From Parcubacteria group bacterium GW2011_GWA2_51_10 (lineage in GTDB: Bacteria; Patescibacteriota; Minisyncoccia; Phycocordibacterales; UBA2100): DNA of 64,000 nt. Positions 49,531 to 57,967 of the stretch are shown piece by piece. Made by a program: the position numbers and the translations under genes. The notes under the pieces are model-generated. The model was not told the origin of the DNA and made no database searches. It was given only the letters and a program-made list of their open reading frames with translations. The DNA is taken from contig LCQS01000017.1 in NCBI GenBank assembly GCA_001004265.1, positions 2,530 through 66,529 on the forward strand. The letters run 5' to 3'. Position 1 is the first letter of the stretch, and every line of letters begins with the position of its first letter.

Positions 49531-49674
49531 TATCCCCTCAATCTACCATTTTGAATCCCGACGATTTTGTCGGGACCCCGACCACTTTGTGCGTCGGGGC
49601 TACGAGGGGTATGCACATTCTATATAAATAGAGGTTTTATCCAAAGCAAAGAGCATTCATGATTGAGTCTACCT

Positions 49675-50010
49675 TCAGCGTGACGGGTCGACAACGGTTG
49701 GCGCAGATTTTTTGAGCGATTCGAATTGCGCCTCACGCGCGTTGAGGGAGTCGAGTACAGCCTGCAACCGCGAGCGATTGAATGTGCGCTCCGGTCGTGC
49801 GGGTGCCTGTTCGCTTGCCGCATCAATCGCAGTGTCGTTCGCAACGCGCATGAATTCCAGTGAACCATAGAGCGCAAAAAGGACCACGAGGAGCAACGCC
49901 ACGAGCAGAAGAGTTCGCCAATAAAAATCCGCAATCACGTGCATAGACTCTGGTTCGTGCCGAGATTCATATGCCTCACGTATGTTCGTCTGCATGTGGA
50001 ACTTTTTCAT
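49675..50010 (-). CDS. membrane protein of the pilus assembly cluster
   Basis: TM plus C-terminal VVDPS; last gene of pilM operon. Confidence 0.65.
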   Translation of the reverse strand: MKKFHMQTNIREAYESRHEPESMHVIADFYWRTLLLVALLLVVLFALYGSLEFMRVANDTAIDAASEQAPARPERTFNRSRLQAVLDSLNAREAQFESLKKSAPTVVDPSR

Positions 50011-50573
50011 GATGGTATTTCAGACGACGTGAATACGGAGATGCGCGCGGTCAAGCGCCACAGTGCGACAGTTTTGCCAGCAGATTCATTCAACGACAAT
50101 GCTCGCTCAAGCTCGAGATTCTGAACAGAGGATGGCAGGGGCAGCGTCTCGAAAAGTTCCGCGGTACGCATAAGCGCCGCAAAGGATCCCTCTGCCTCCA
50201 CGAGAAAGCTCACTGCCCTCAACTCCGCATCCTCGGATTCTTCCCCATCGACAGGCTCGAGTGACGCCGCATTGATTTTTATTGCAACTCCGGCTGCGTC
50301 GCCAACACTTTCTATAAGCCCCGCTGCGTCGAGAACGTCGACGCGGGTCATGTCATCGAGCTGTTTGCGTAAATCCTTCGTATCCCGCGCAAGTGCCTGA
50401 AATACCATCGAGCTTTCTTCGGTCACAGTTTCCGCTTGCGCTCTTTCGAGCGCTTCGCTGCGCGCAGCATGCTGCACGCGGGTATAGAACGCAAAGAGAA
50501 CAACTGCCGCGAGAGCTCCCACAGCGCAAGAAACAGCAATCCATGAGCTCATTGTGGCCACGCGAGTACGCAT
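50007..50573 (-). CDS. PilO-like pilus assembly protein
   Basis: TM, coiled coil, AEGSFAALMR..LFETLP ferredoxin-like pattern; position in operon. Confidence 0.7.
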   Translation of the reverse strand: MRTRVATMSSWIAVSCAVGALAAVVLFAFYTRVQHAARSEALERAQAETVTEESSMVFQALARDTKDLRKQLDDMTRVDVLDAAGLIESVGDAAGVAIKINAASLEPVDGEESEDAELRAVSFLVEAEGSFAALMRTAELFETLPLPSSVQNLELERALSLNESAGKTVALWRLTARISVFTSSEIPS

Positions 50574-50574
50574 A

Positions 50575-51093
50575 TCATTTCACTTGAACGCTAATCGTAA
50601 ATTTGCCTCCTTCGACTCCCAGGAGTGCGCCGACGGGAACAGAAACGCCCGTAAAGTCGCTGCTTGCCGAGAGCGCCTCGCGATATGCGCTAACTCCTTC
50701 GCGCGCAGCTTGGCCCGTAAGTAGGAGCAGCCCATCTTTAGAAGCAAAAGACAACGATTCGATCCGAACGCTGTTTGGCCGCAGTGCGAGCGCTCTCTGT
50801 ATCACCTTTGCTGGCGAAGTAGTCGCCGCCGCAACTGGCTCGATGCGCAGCAATATATTTTCCGCACGCTTGATTTCGTCGCGCACGCCGGTTTCCGGAG
50901 AATTCGGCTCGGAAGAAGCCACCTGCGATTGCGAATCAGAATATCCTGCCCACAACTCAACGTACGCCGGCACAAGCGACAGCAGAGCGAGTGCAGCAGC
51001 GCCGGTCGCAACGAGAGAACCCACCAGCATAAACCGGGCGCGATAGCTCCTCGATACGGACCGCTTTGATTCTTCCGGAAGCAGATTTGTCAT
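50575..51093 (-). CDS. PilN-like pilus assembly protein
   Basis: N-terminal NLLP motif, TM, LTGQA; follows pilM. Confidence 0.8.
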   Translation of the reverse strand: MTNLLPEESKRSVSRSYRARFMLVGSLVATGAAALALLSLVPAYVELWAGYSDSQSQVASSEPNSPETGVRDEIKRAENILLRIEPVAAATTSPAKVIQRALALRPNSVRIESLSFASKDGLLLLTGQAAREGVSAYREALSASSDFTGVSVPVGALLGVEGGKFTISVQVK

Positions 51094-51101
51094 ACGTTAT
51101 T

Positions 51102-52238
51102 TTACGACCGCAGAGCAAGTCCAATGGCAGTTGCGAATTGGAAAGATGTCGGCCTGTCTATGGGTGGGATATATTCATCAAACGAGCATACGTTCCGCCA
51201 TACGTTGGGGCGATCACACGGTGCCTGCACTCGCAAGGAAATATAGTCAGCGAGCCCCTTCAGGTTAGAGCTCCCTCCCAGAAGCAGCACGCGCTCGACG
51301 GGCGTCATGCGTTCGCCCATCTCATTTCGCCTTGTATCCCAATAGTGATAATGTTTTGCCACTTCATCGGCGAGCGCTCCCGCCGCGGCAGCGAGCACCT
51401 CCCCCTTCCCTGATTTGGCGCCTCGCGTTAGGGCTAGGAGCCCCTCATTGTCTTTGAATTTCTCCGCCTCCTCGAGCGACATGGACATCTTTTCTATGAG
51501 AGTGTTCGTCATCTTCTCGCCGCCGACTGCGACAGTCGAAGTAAAAATGGGAATGCCACTCTTGAGAACGGCAAAACCTGTACGCGAACGGCCAAAATCG
51601 ACAGAGAGCGAAATCGAGTCGCCGCCCTCGGGCGAGTTAATCGCGCGCGCGATGGAACGCGCATCTAATTCAAGCGACAGCAATCCGATGCCCGCCATAT
51701 CAAATGCGGCGGCGTAGCTTTCTGCAATTTCCCGTGGAACGACCACGACGCCAATTTCCTTCGAGCCCCTCCCGTCACGCTCAGTAATCACACTAAAATC
51801 ATAAATGGCGTCATTAGGAGCAATAGGCACGCGCGTATTCAACTCGAACTCGATCATGCTCAGCACTTGGTCTCGCGGCGTTTTTTCTGGAACAGACATG
51901 CTGAAGACGAACGCACTTTCTTCAGGAAGAGAGGCATGTGCGTGCTCAATATTGCCGAGGTGCCGCTTCGCCGTGTGCAGCACTTCAGCAAGCGCCGCTT
52001 CATCATGTACGACACCTTCAACGACGACACCTTCAGCAAGCGGCTCTCGCCCGTAAGACACGACTCGACTGCCGCTCTTAAATGGCTCAAGCGCAAGCCA
52101 TTTAATCGATGCGTCGGAAATGTCTATGCCGGCCGCGCGCGGGGCTAAAAGCTTGGGCGTAGGAAACCAACGCGCGAGAGTGCGCGAAATGGTATTTGAA
52201 CCGTGAGAAGAATTTCCGGCGAGCGGAAGGAGGTGCAT
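51102..52238 (-). CDS. pilM: type IV pilus assembly protein PilM
   Basis: GIDISDASIK, VDFGRSRT, VGGE, LLGGSSNLKGL, ATAIGLALR. Confidence 0.9.
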   Translation of the reverse strand: MHLLPLAGNSSHGSNTISRTLARWFPTPKLLAPRAAGIDISDASIKWLALEPFKSGSRVVSYGREPLAEGVVVEGVVHDEAALAEVLHTAKRHLGNIEHAHASLPEESAFVFSMSVPEKTPRDQVLSMIEFELNTRVPIAPNDAIYDFSVITERDGRGSKEIGVVVVPREIAESYAAAFDMAGIGLLSLELDARSIARAINSPEGGDSISLSVDFGRSRTGFAVLKSGIPIFTSTVAVGGEKMTNTLIEKMSMSLEEAEKFKDNEGLLALTRGAKSGKGEVLAAAAGALADEVAKHYHYWDTRRNEMGERMTPVERVLLLGGSSNLKGLADYISLRVQAPCDRPNVWRNVCSFDEYIPPIDRPTSFQFATAIGLALRS

Positions 52239-52263
52239 TCGTTAATTATACAAGCCTTTCGTG

Positions 52264-52602
52264 TTATTTGATGCGCGTGCCAGGCTCCACAGAGGAATCA
52301 GGGTGCAGGAGAGCTATGCCATTTTCGTGCCCGGCGGCAAGAAGCATTCCTTCGCTCACGATCCCGCGCAACTCGCGAGGCGCAAGATTGACTACATAGG
52401 GACACTGCTTCCCAATGAGATCTTCCGGGGCTCGCCACTGCGCAATGCCAGAAACAATGACCCGACGGCCCATTGCTCCGAAATCTATCGTGCACTGAAT
52501 CAGTTTATCGGTATCAGGAACCCGCGTTGCTTCAATAATTGTCCCAACGCGGATATCTAATTTTGAGAAATCCTCATATGAAATATGCTCGTCCATATCC
52601 AT
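52264..52602 (-). CDS. stand-alone tRNA-binding OB domain (Trbp111/CsaA/MetRS C-terminal-like)
   Basis: DFSKLDIRVGTI, IVSGI, VVNLAPR..G..SEGMLLAA. Confidence 0.9.
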   Translation of the reverse strand: MDMDEHISYEDFSKLDIRVGTIIEATRVPDTDKLIQCTIDFGAMGRRVIVSGIAQWRAPEDLIGKQCPYVVNLAPRELRGIVSEGMLLAAGHENGIALLHPDSSVEPGTRIK

Positions 52603-52607
52603 GTATT

Positions 52608-52997
52608 TTACTTCGCTTGTCGCATATCTAAATACCTCTGCAAAATAAAAGCCGCAGCAGCAGCGTCATTGTGAGAGTCGTTTCCAGACGCATGGCGGGA
52701 CGCTTCAATCGAGCTCCACGCTTCAAACACGGGCTCGACCGGAAGTTTCGTGCGCTCTCGCAATTCCTCGGCAAATTTTTCGGCTTCGCCGGTGATGGGA
52801 TTTTCGGCGCCGCCAGTGGAGCGCGTGTCTCCCATGATGATTTTCCGCACGTTTTTTCCCGCGACTAATTTCTTTATTTGCCCTATGGTTCTTTCGTCAT
52901 TAGCAATTGTGCTTTCAGGGAAAGCGATTGATCCACTCTCATCGGAAAGCGCGATCCCAATGCGCTTCGATCCGTAATCAATGCCCATGTGTTTCAT
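52608..52997 (-). CDS. ruvX: YqgF/RuvX family RNase H-like nuclease
   Basis: GIDYGSKRIGIALSD, E.WSS, DAAAAAFILQRYL. Confidence 0.92.
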   Translation of the reverse strand: MKHMGIDYGSKRIGIALSDESGSIAFPESTIANDERTIGQIKKLVAGKNVRKIIMGDTRSTGGAENPITGEAEKFAEELRERTKLPVEPVFEAWSSIEASRHASGNDSHNDAAAAAFILQRYLDMRQAK

Positions 52998-53031
52998 GAG
53001 CGTATAGCGTATAGCGTATAGCGTATAGCGC
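52998..53031. repeat. heptamer tandem repeat (tagcgta)n
   Basis: gagcgtatagcgtatagcgtatagcgtatagcgc. Confidence 0.85.
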
Positions 53032-53068
53032 AACCAGACGGTACACGATACTGTTTTTCGATTTAGGA

Positions 53069-53479
53069 CTAGCTCGCGAGGCGGGAGGTTTTGAATTCTC
53101 CGGGCTTGAATGGCTGAAGTCGAATTATTTTCGGCGAGAGTCCTGCATCGTGTAGTTTTTTTTCGAGCCCCTCCACATACTCGCCTCTCTGATCATATCC
53201 GAGCGCGATGATTGCAGGCGCGAGTTCTGCAATGTGCGATATGTAGTCGGATTCTGCCCCAAGAACAACGGCACCCACGCTGTCTTCTTTGCGCACCATT
53301 TCAATCCGTTCTTCTTCCGAGTTTCGTGGCGGTTTTCCTTTTATTTTTTCAACAATCCTATCGCGTGCGACTGAAACGATAAGATATGGGTCAGGAGCAA
53401 GAGCGCGCGCCTGCCTAAAAAAGTCACGATGACCGTCGTGAACGATGTCAAAAGTGCCAAATACCAATATTCGCGTCAT
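53069..53479 (-). CDS. cytidylyltransferase-family protein, RibL-type FAD synthase
   Basis: VFGTFDIVHDGH, VARD, IALGYDQ, KTS; coupled to riboflavin kinase. Confidence 0.82.
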   Translation of the reverse strand: MTRILVFGTFDIVHDGHRDFFRQARALAPDPYLIVSVARDRIVEKIKGKPPRNSEEERIEMVRKEDSVGAVVLGAESDYISHIAELAPAIIALGYDQRGEYVEGLEKKLHDAGLSPKIIRLQPFKPGEFKTSRLAS

Positions 53480-53817
53480 GCATTCATATGCGTGCGCACC
53501 GCAGCAACATCGCGCGCAAGAGCTTGCCGCATATCGGTTTCGTTTTTGAATATCTCCCGCTCCCTGATTTTTTTCAGAAGATGTATCGTGATTGTTTTAC
53601 CATACAGATTGCCGCCGTAATCGAGAAGATGCGCCTCGAGAAGTTTTTGCTCCTGATCTGCAAATGCCGCGGCGAAAAAAGATTCTTCTCTTATTTCGAC
53701 TCGCGCGGCGTAGACGCCGGTGAGTGCTGTGTCACGTAGCGGAATATTTGCTGTCGGAAAACCTAATTGCGTTCCGCGGCCCGTGCCTTTCCCCACAATT
53801 CCGGTAAATGAAAGCAT
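53476..53817 (-). CDS. stand-alone riboflavin kinase
   Basis: G..RG..LGFPTAN, GVY, LEAHLLD..GNLYG, IRE..F. Confidence 0.9.
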   Translation of the reverse strand: MLSFTGIVGKGTGRGTQLGFPTANIPLRDTALTGVYAARVEIREESFFAAAFADQEQKLLEAHLLDYGGNLYGKTITIHLLKKIREREIFKNETDMRQALARDVAAVRTHMNA

Positions 53818-53984
53818 TGTTTTTATTTAGACAAGTGACAATGGAGCGATCGCGGTGATCTCATTTGCATATTTCAAAATGTAAACTGTGTACATAATTC
53901 TTACTCAGCCACCCCTCCATCACAATTCAATCCTACTCTAACCGCAATGTATCCTCAATGCATCGGCGATATAATAGTTTGCAT

Positions 53985-54098
53985 ATGCATCGTCAGCAGC
54001 AGCATAGTGCGGGATTCGCACGATTTGAAATTCTCATTATCATTGCGACCGGTGGACTTATCGCGCTCATAATAATCGCCTCTCTTTCTGCCGCATAG
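53985..54098 (+). CDS. 37-aa prepilin-like peptide (not in ORF track)
   Basis: manual translation MHRQQQHSAG|FARFEILIIIATGGLIALIIIASLSAA; G-F..E+5 pattern; TATAAT upstream, hairpin downstream. Confidence 0.5.
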   Translation: MHRQQQHSAGFARFEILIIIATGGLIALIIIASLSAA

Positions 54099-54138
54099 AA
54101 TAAAATACCTCGCAGCAAGCTGACGAGGCATTTTATTT

Positions 54139-54230
54139 TTGAGAACCGTCGGTTCTCAACGCTCGCTTCGCTCGCTGCTCTCCTCCACGGAGAACCGGAT
54201 GCGGTTCCCCGACCCCCTCCGCCCCTTGCG
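54139..54230 (-). repeat. two-hairpin structured element, family 2 copy A
   Basis: reverse complement aligns with 61361..61449. Confidence 0.65.
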
Positions 54231-54360
54231 CTTTCACCCCGAAGCAGAGCTTCGGGCAACTCTGCGCATAGGATAAGGGAACGAATACTCTCTATTTCAC
54301 ATCAGCGGCTCTTTCGGAGAGCCGCGGTAATAGATGATGATACAATTTGTATTGAGCGTT

Positions 54361-54834
54361 ATGCCCGAAAATATTCCCATGATCTTGCGCTGGAGTGCGT
54401 ACGAGCACGAGCACATCGAACGCGGCAGTGATTGGTTCTGGGCTCTTGGCATCGTCGCGGTATGCGTCGCGATAACGAGCATATTGTTCGGGAACATTCT
54501 CTTCGCAATCCTCATCATCGTGGCAGCAATCACGATTGCAATCGTCGCCCGCACGCCGCCCGAACTCGTGCAATTTGAAATTTCAGATCGAGGCGTTCGC
54601 GTGGGAGGCAGACTGCATCGCTGGGATGAAATCATCTCCTTCTGGGTGGAGGACGAGCACGGCGGAGAGCCATTTCTTTTAGTCGACACCATTAAATTCA
54701 TGTCGCCGAATCTCATTATCCCTCTCCAAGATATCGATCCCGACCTCGTTCGCGCTTATCTTTCGGAGCGCGTCAACGAAGTTCCCATGAAAGAACCGAT
54801 CTCGCACAAGATTCTCGAATTCTTCGGAATTTAG
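54361..54834 (+). CDS. conserved hypothetical membrane protein
   Basis: W.AYEHEH.ERGSDWFWA, two TMs, ISDRGVRVG..ISFW, C-terminal EFFGI. Confidence 0.78.
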   Translation: MPENIPMILRWSAYEHEHIERGSDWFWALGIVAVCVAITSILFGNILFAILIIVAAITIAIVARTPPELVQFEISDRGVRVGGRLHRWDEIISFWVEDEHGGEPFLLVDTIKFMSPNLIIPLQDIDPDLVRAYLSERVNEVPMKEPISHKILEFFGI

Positions 54835-54885
54835 GACCGAAAATTAGTGCCTGCACTTGGCAAATATGATACATTGCCGTGACGA

Positions 54886-54957
54886 GCCCCCGTAGTTTAA
54901 TGGATAGAATGCGAGCTTGCGGAGTTCGTGATCCAGGTCCGATTCCTGGCGGGGGCA
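54886..54957 (+). tRNA. tRNA-Arg(GCG)
   Basis: GCCCCCG acceptor; anticodon loop TTGCGGA; T-loop TCCGATT. Confidence 0.88.
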
Positions 54958-55035
54958 CAAGACAAGAAAGTTTGTGTACTAATAATGGGTTAGAATAGAA
55001 AAGTCGATTTATCATTTCATTACTATTATAAAAAT

Positions 55036-55251
55036 ATGGACAGAAAACATCTCAAGTGCTTGCTATGGAAAGCGCTCTGGGGAATCAGCGTACTTTCTCT
55101 CATTGCAGCGTGGCTTTCGGTGCAAAATACCGTTTTTGGATTTAACGCGCAATTTTGGTTCTGGAACGCGCTTCTCTTTGGCATGCTGGCAATTCCGATA
55201 AAGCTCGACTGCCATTCGTGCGAAGTGTGCCAAATAGCCCCGAGAGTTTGA
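55036..55251 (+). CDS. small two-TM protein with C-terminal Cys cluster
   Basis: 71 aa; CHSCEVC tail; TACTAT upstream. Confidence 0.65.
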   Translation: MDRKHLKCLLWKALWGISVLSLIAAWLSVQNTVFGFNAQFWFWNALLFGMLAIPIKLDCHSCEVCQIAPRV

Positions 55252-55385
55252 TGATAAATGGATCCTGAATATTCACAGACAGGACCGCACTCGGAGTTTA
55301 CAAAAAATTGCTTCCTGTTACTTTGATAACTGCTCCGATCTTTTCAACCTGTTGAGATCGGCTAACAATCGCAAGGAGAAAACTG

Positions 55386-55613
55386 GTGAGAACAGACGAC
55401 AAAGCGATACAGGCTGTGCGACAGGCTCGCGCAGCCTCTTGCTTGAAGGAGCTGGGCAAGAAGCGTGATGAACTCGCCCCGCTGGCGAACAAGATATCTG
55501 CCGGCGAGTTGTGCGCGAAGCAGGTAGATTGCGATATGTGCACACGCTTGGCGTCGTCGTTCAGGCGTCTGTTCGAGCGTGTTATGTCAATGGTGTCCGT
55601 AAAGAACCATTGA
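55386..55613 (+). CDS. hypothetical protein
   Basis: 75 aa; SD AAGGAG; terminator downstream. Confidence 0.55.
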   Translation: MRTDDKAIQAVRQARAASCLKELGKKRDELAPLANKISAGELCAKQVDCDMCTRLASSFRRLFERVMSMVSVKNH

Positions 55614-55639
55614 TATTGATCAGTCCAAGCGACTCTCTC

Positions 55640-55671
55640 AAAAACCCCCCGACGGCGGACGGGGGGTTTTT
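55640..55671. terminator. bidirectional terminator
   Basis: aaaaccccccg-acggcgga-cggggggttttt between convergent genes. Confidence 0.7.
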
Positions 55672-55691
55672 ATTGAGTATTGGCGGAACAG

Positions 55692-55958
55692 CTACGCTCC
55701 AGTACTTCGAAGCCGTCTCGAGATACGCGATTTCATTCGCGCCGCTGTATTCTTTTTTATAACCCCCTTCTTTGAGGCCTTATCAATCGCCTTATATGTC
55801 TTTGGGAGGAGGCCTGCCGCCTCGGACATTTTTTTATCGTTTAGTAGTCCGGCAATTTCCTTCACAATATCTTTCATCGCCTTTTGTCGGCGTACATTAA
55901 AAACGTGCCTGCGAGTTGCTACACGCGCTGCCTTTTTCGCCGATTTCGTCTTTGCCAT
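55692..55958 (-). CDS. rpsT: 30S ribosomal protein S20
   Basis: MAKTKSAKKA, AIDKASKKGVIKKNTAARMKSR. Confidence 0.96.
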   Translation of the reverse strand: MAKTKSAKKAARVATRRHVFNVRRQKAMKDIVKEIAGLLNDKKMSEAAGLLPKTYKAIDKASKKGVIKKNTAARMKSRISRRLRSTGA

Positions 55959-56113
55959 ATTAGATTTTATTAACGAATGAAATGAGTTCAGCAAATCTTA
56001 TACCCAGCACCTTTCGCGAAAGGTGCTGGGTTCCCTCCCATATGCAGCCTTTGCAAAAGTAGCGGCATCGTACCTTACGTGCAGCGTTAATGCAATCGCG
56101 ATATCATTCGGGA

Positions 56114-56686
56114 ATGATCGGCTTCCTCGAAGGCACGGTAAAGAAAACATCGAGCGGCTATGCAATTGTGAGCGCAGGCGGCGTGGGATACAAAATCGCC
56201 GGCACGCGCGAGGCGCTCGCCACGCTTCGCGTCGGTGAGCGCGCTTCACTCTGGACGCATCTTGCGGTGCGCGAAAACGCCCTTGATCTCTATGGATTTC
56301 AGAGCGAGGAAGAGCTTCGCATATTCGAGCTTCTCCTTACGGTTTCCGGCATCGGGCCCAAATCAGCCCTCGCGGTCCTTGATGTTGCGACCGTCGGCTC
56401 ACTGCGCTCCGCAATATCTCAAGGCAACGCAAACTACCTCACCAACGTTTCCGGCATTGGCAAGAAAACCGCCGAAAAAATTATTCTCGAACTGAAAGAT
56501 AAAATTGGCGTCGGAGCCGAGGGGACCGTCGAATCGCTGCAGGGAGACGAAGAGGCGCTCGCCGCAATGCGCGCGCTCGGTTACTCGCAAAGCGAAGCGC
56601 GCGATGTGCTTCGCAAAGTTCCGCAGTCTACACAAGGCACAAACGAGCGCCTGCGCGAAGCGCTAAAACTCTTAGGAAGAAAGTAA
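56114..56686 (+). CDS. ruvA: Holliday junction branch migration protein RuvA
   Basis: MIGFLEG, GGVGY, VRENALDLYGF, VSGIGPK, GIGKKTAEKIILELKDK. Confidence 0.97.
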   Translation: MIGFLEGTVKKTSSGYAIVSAGGVGYKIAGTREALATLRVGERASLWTHLAVRENALDLYGFQSEEELRIFELLLTVSGIGPKSALAVLDVATVGSLRSAISQGNANYLTNVSGIGKKTAEKIILELKDKIGVGAEGTVESLQGDEEALAAMRALGYSQSEARDVLRKVPQSTQGTNERLREALKLLGRK

Positions 56687-56687
56687 C

Positions 56688-57953
56688 ATGCGCTCTCTGA
56701 AGCAACTCATTGCTCGCCTGGCGCCATCATTTGTGCTCTCCCTCTACCATGTTCTCCTTGCGTTCCTCGGCGCGCTTCTCTATGGCTTTCCTTCCGAAAA
56801 ACTCACGGTCATCGCTGTGACAGGGACGAAGGGAAAATCGAGCACTATTGAATTTTTAAACGCGATACTTGAGGAAGCCGGATACAAAACAGCTCTCGTG
56901 AGTTCGATCCGCATCAAGCTCGGTGATACAAGTGAACCGAATACCCTGGGCCGCTCCATGCCAGGCCGCTTCTTTCTACAGCGATTTCTCTCGCGCGCAC
57001 TCCGCGCCGACTGCAGTGTGGCTATCCTCGAAATGACATCTGAGGGCGCGCGCCAGCACCGCCATCGATGTATCGAGCTCGATGCTTTGATATTCACGAA
57101 CCTCGCCCCCGAGCATATCGAATCGCACGGCTCATATGAAAACTATGCCAATGCGAAATTTGAAATAGCGCGCCAGCTCGTGCGTTCAAACAAGCGCTCG
57201 CGCATACTTGTTGCAAATGGCGAAGATCCCGCTGGCTTACGTTACCTTGCGCTCCCCGTCGAGCGAGCGCTTCCATTCTCGCTCTCTCTCGTTGCCCCCT
57301 TCCATGCTGATGAAAAAGGCGGGAGCTTCACGCTCGAAGGTCTCGGAATGCACATCGCGCTTCCCGGAGAATTCAGCCTCAAGAACGCGCTCGCCGCGGC
57401 CGTGCTTGCACGCACTATAGGTGTTTCTCCCGGCACCATACAGTCAGGTCTGCAAAAAGTGGAAGTGATCCCTGGAAGAGTCGAGGAGATCCGCGCGGGC
57501 CAGGATTTCTTGGTCGTCGTTGATTACGCACACACGCCGGATTCACTGCAGGCGCTCCTTACGAGCTATGGAGCTCGCAGGAAAATCTGCGTGTTTGGCT
57601 CTGCCGGTGGCGGACGCGATAGCTGGAAGCGGCCTGTCATGGGAAAAATCGCGGAAAAGTACTGCGCACGTATCATTCTGACCACAGATGACCCGTATGA
57701 TGAGAATCCGGGAAAAATAATCACAGAAATCGCATCCGGCATGAAAAACAAACCGGAAATGATCGAGGACAGGCGACTCGCCATCCGAGAAGCGCTCTTG
57801 GGCGCTCGAGTGCAGGACGCCGTTTTGATCGTCGGCAAAGGAATCGACCCGATTCACGGACCCCGCGGCGCTACATTGCCGTGGAATGACGTCGAAGTGG
57901 CACGCGAGGAGCTCACGGCACTGTTGAAGCGGCGCAGTGCACCTGGGTTATAA
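56688..57953 (+). CDS. murE: Mur ligase, MurE-like
   Basis: VTGTKGKS, EMTSEG, FTNL..EHIE.H, VDYAHTPD, GGGRD..KRP.MG, DDPYDE. Confidence 0.9.
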   Translation: MRSLKQLIARLAPSFVLSLYHVLLAFLGALLYGFPSEKLTVIAVTGTKGKSSTIEFLNAILEEAGYKTALVSSIRIKLGDTSEPNTLGRSMPGRFFLQRFLSRALRADCSVAILEMTSEGARQHRHRCIELDALIFTNLAPEHIESHGSYENYANAKFEIARQLVRSNKRSRILVANGEDPAGLRYLALPVERALPFSLSLVAPFHADEKGGSFTLEGLGMHIALPGEFSLKNALAAAVLARTIGVSPGTIQSGLQKVEVIPGRVEEIRAGQDFLVVVDYAHTPDSLQALLTSYGARRKICVFGSAGGGRDSWKRPVMGKIAEKYCARIILTTDDPYDENPGKIITEIASGMKNKPEMIEDRRLAIREALLGARVQDAVLIVGKGIDPIHGPRGATLPWNDVEVAREELTALLKRRSAPGL

Positions 57954-57967
57954 TTTTGTAAATCGGC

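Noticed and set aside
56004-56031. Palindrome cccagcacctttcgcgaaaggtgctggg between rpsT and ruvA as an operator or SOS box
   Set aside because: It matches no LexA box I know and resembles the other dispersed palindromic repeats; no function can be supported.
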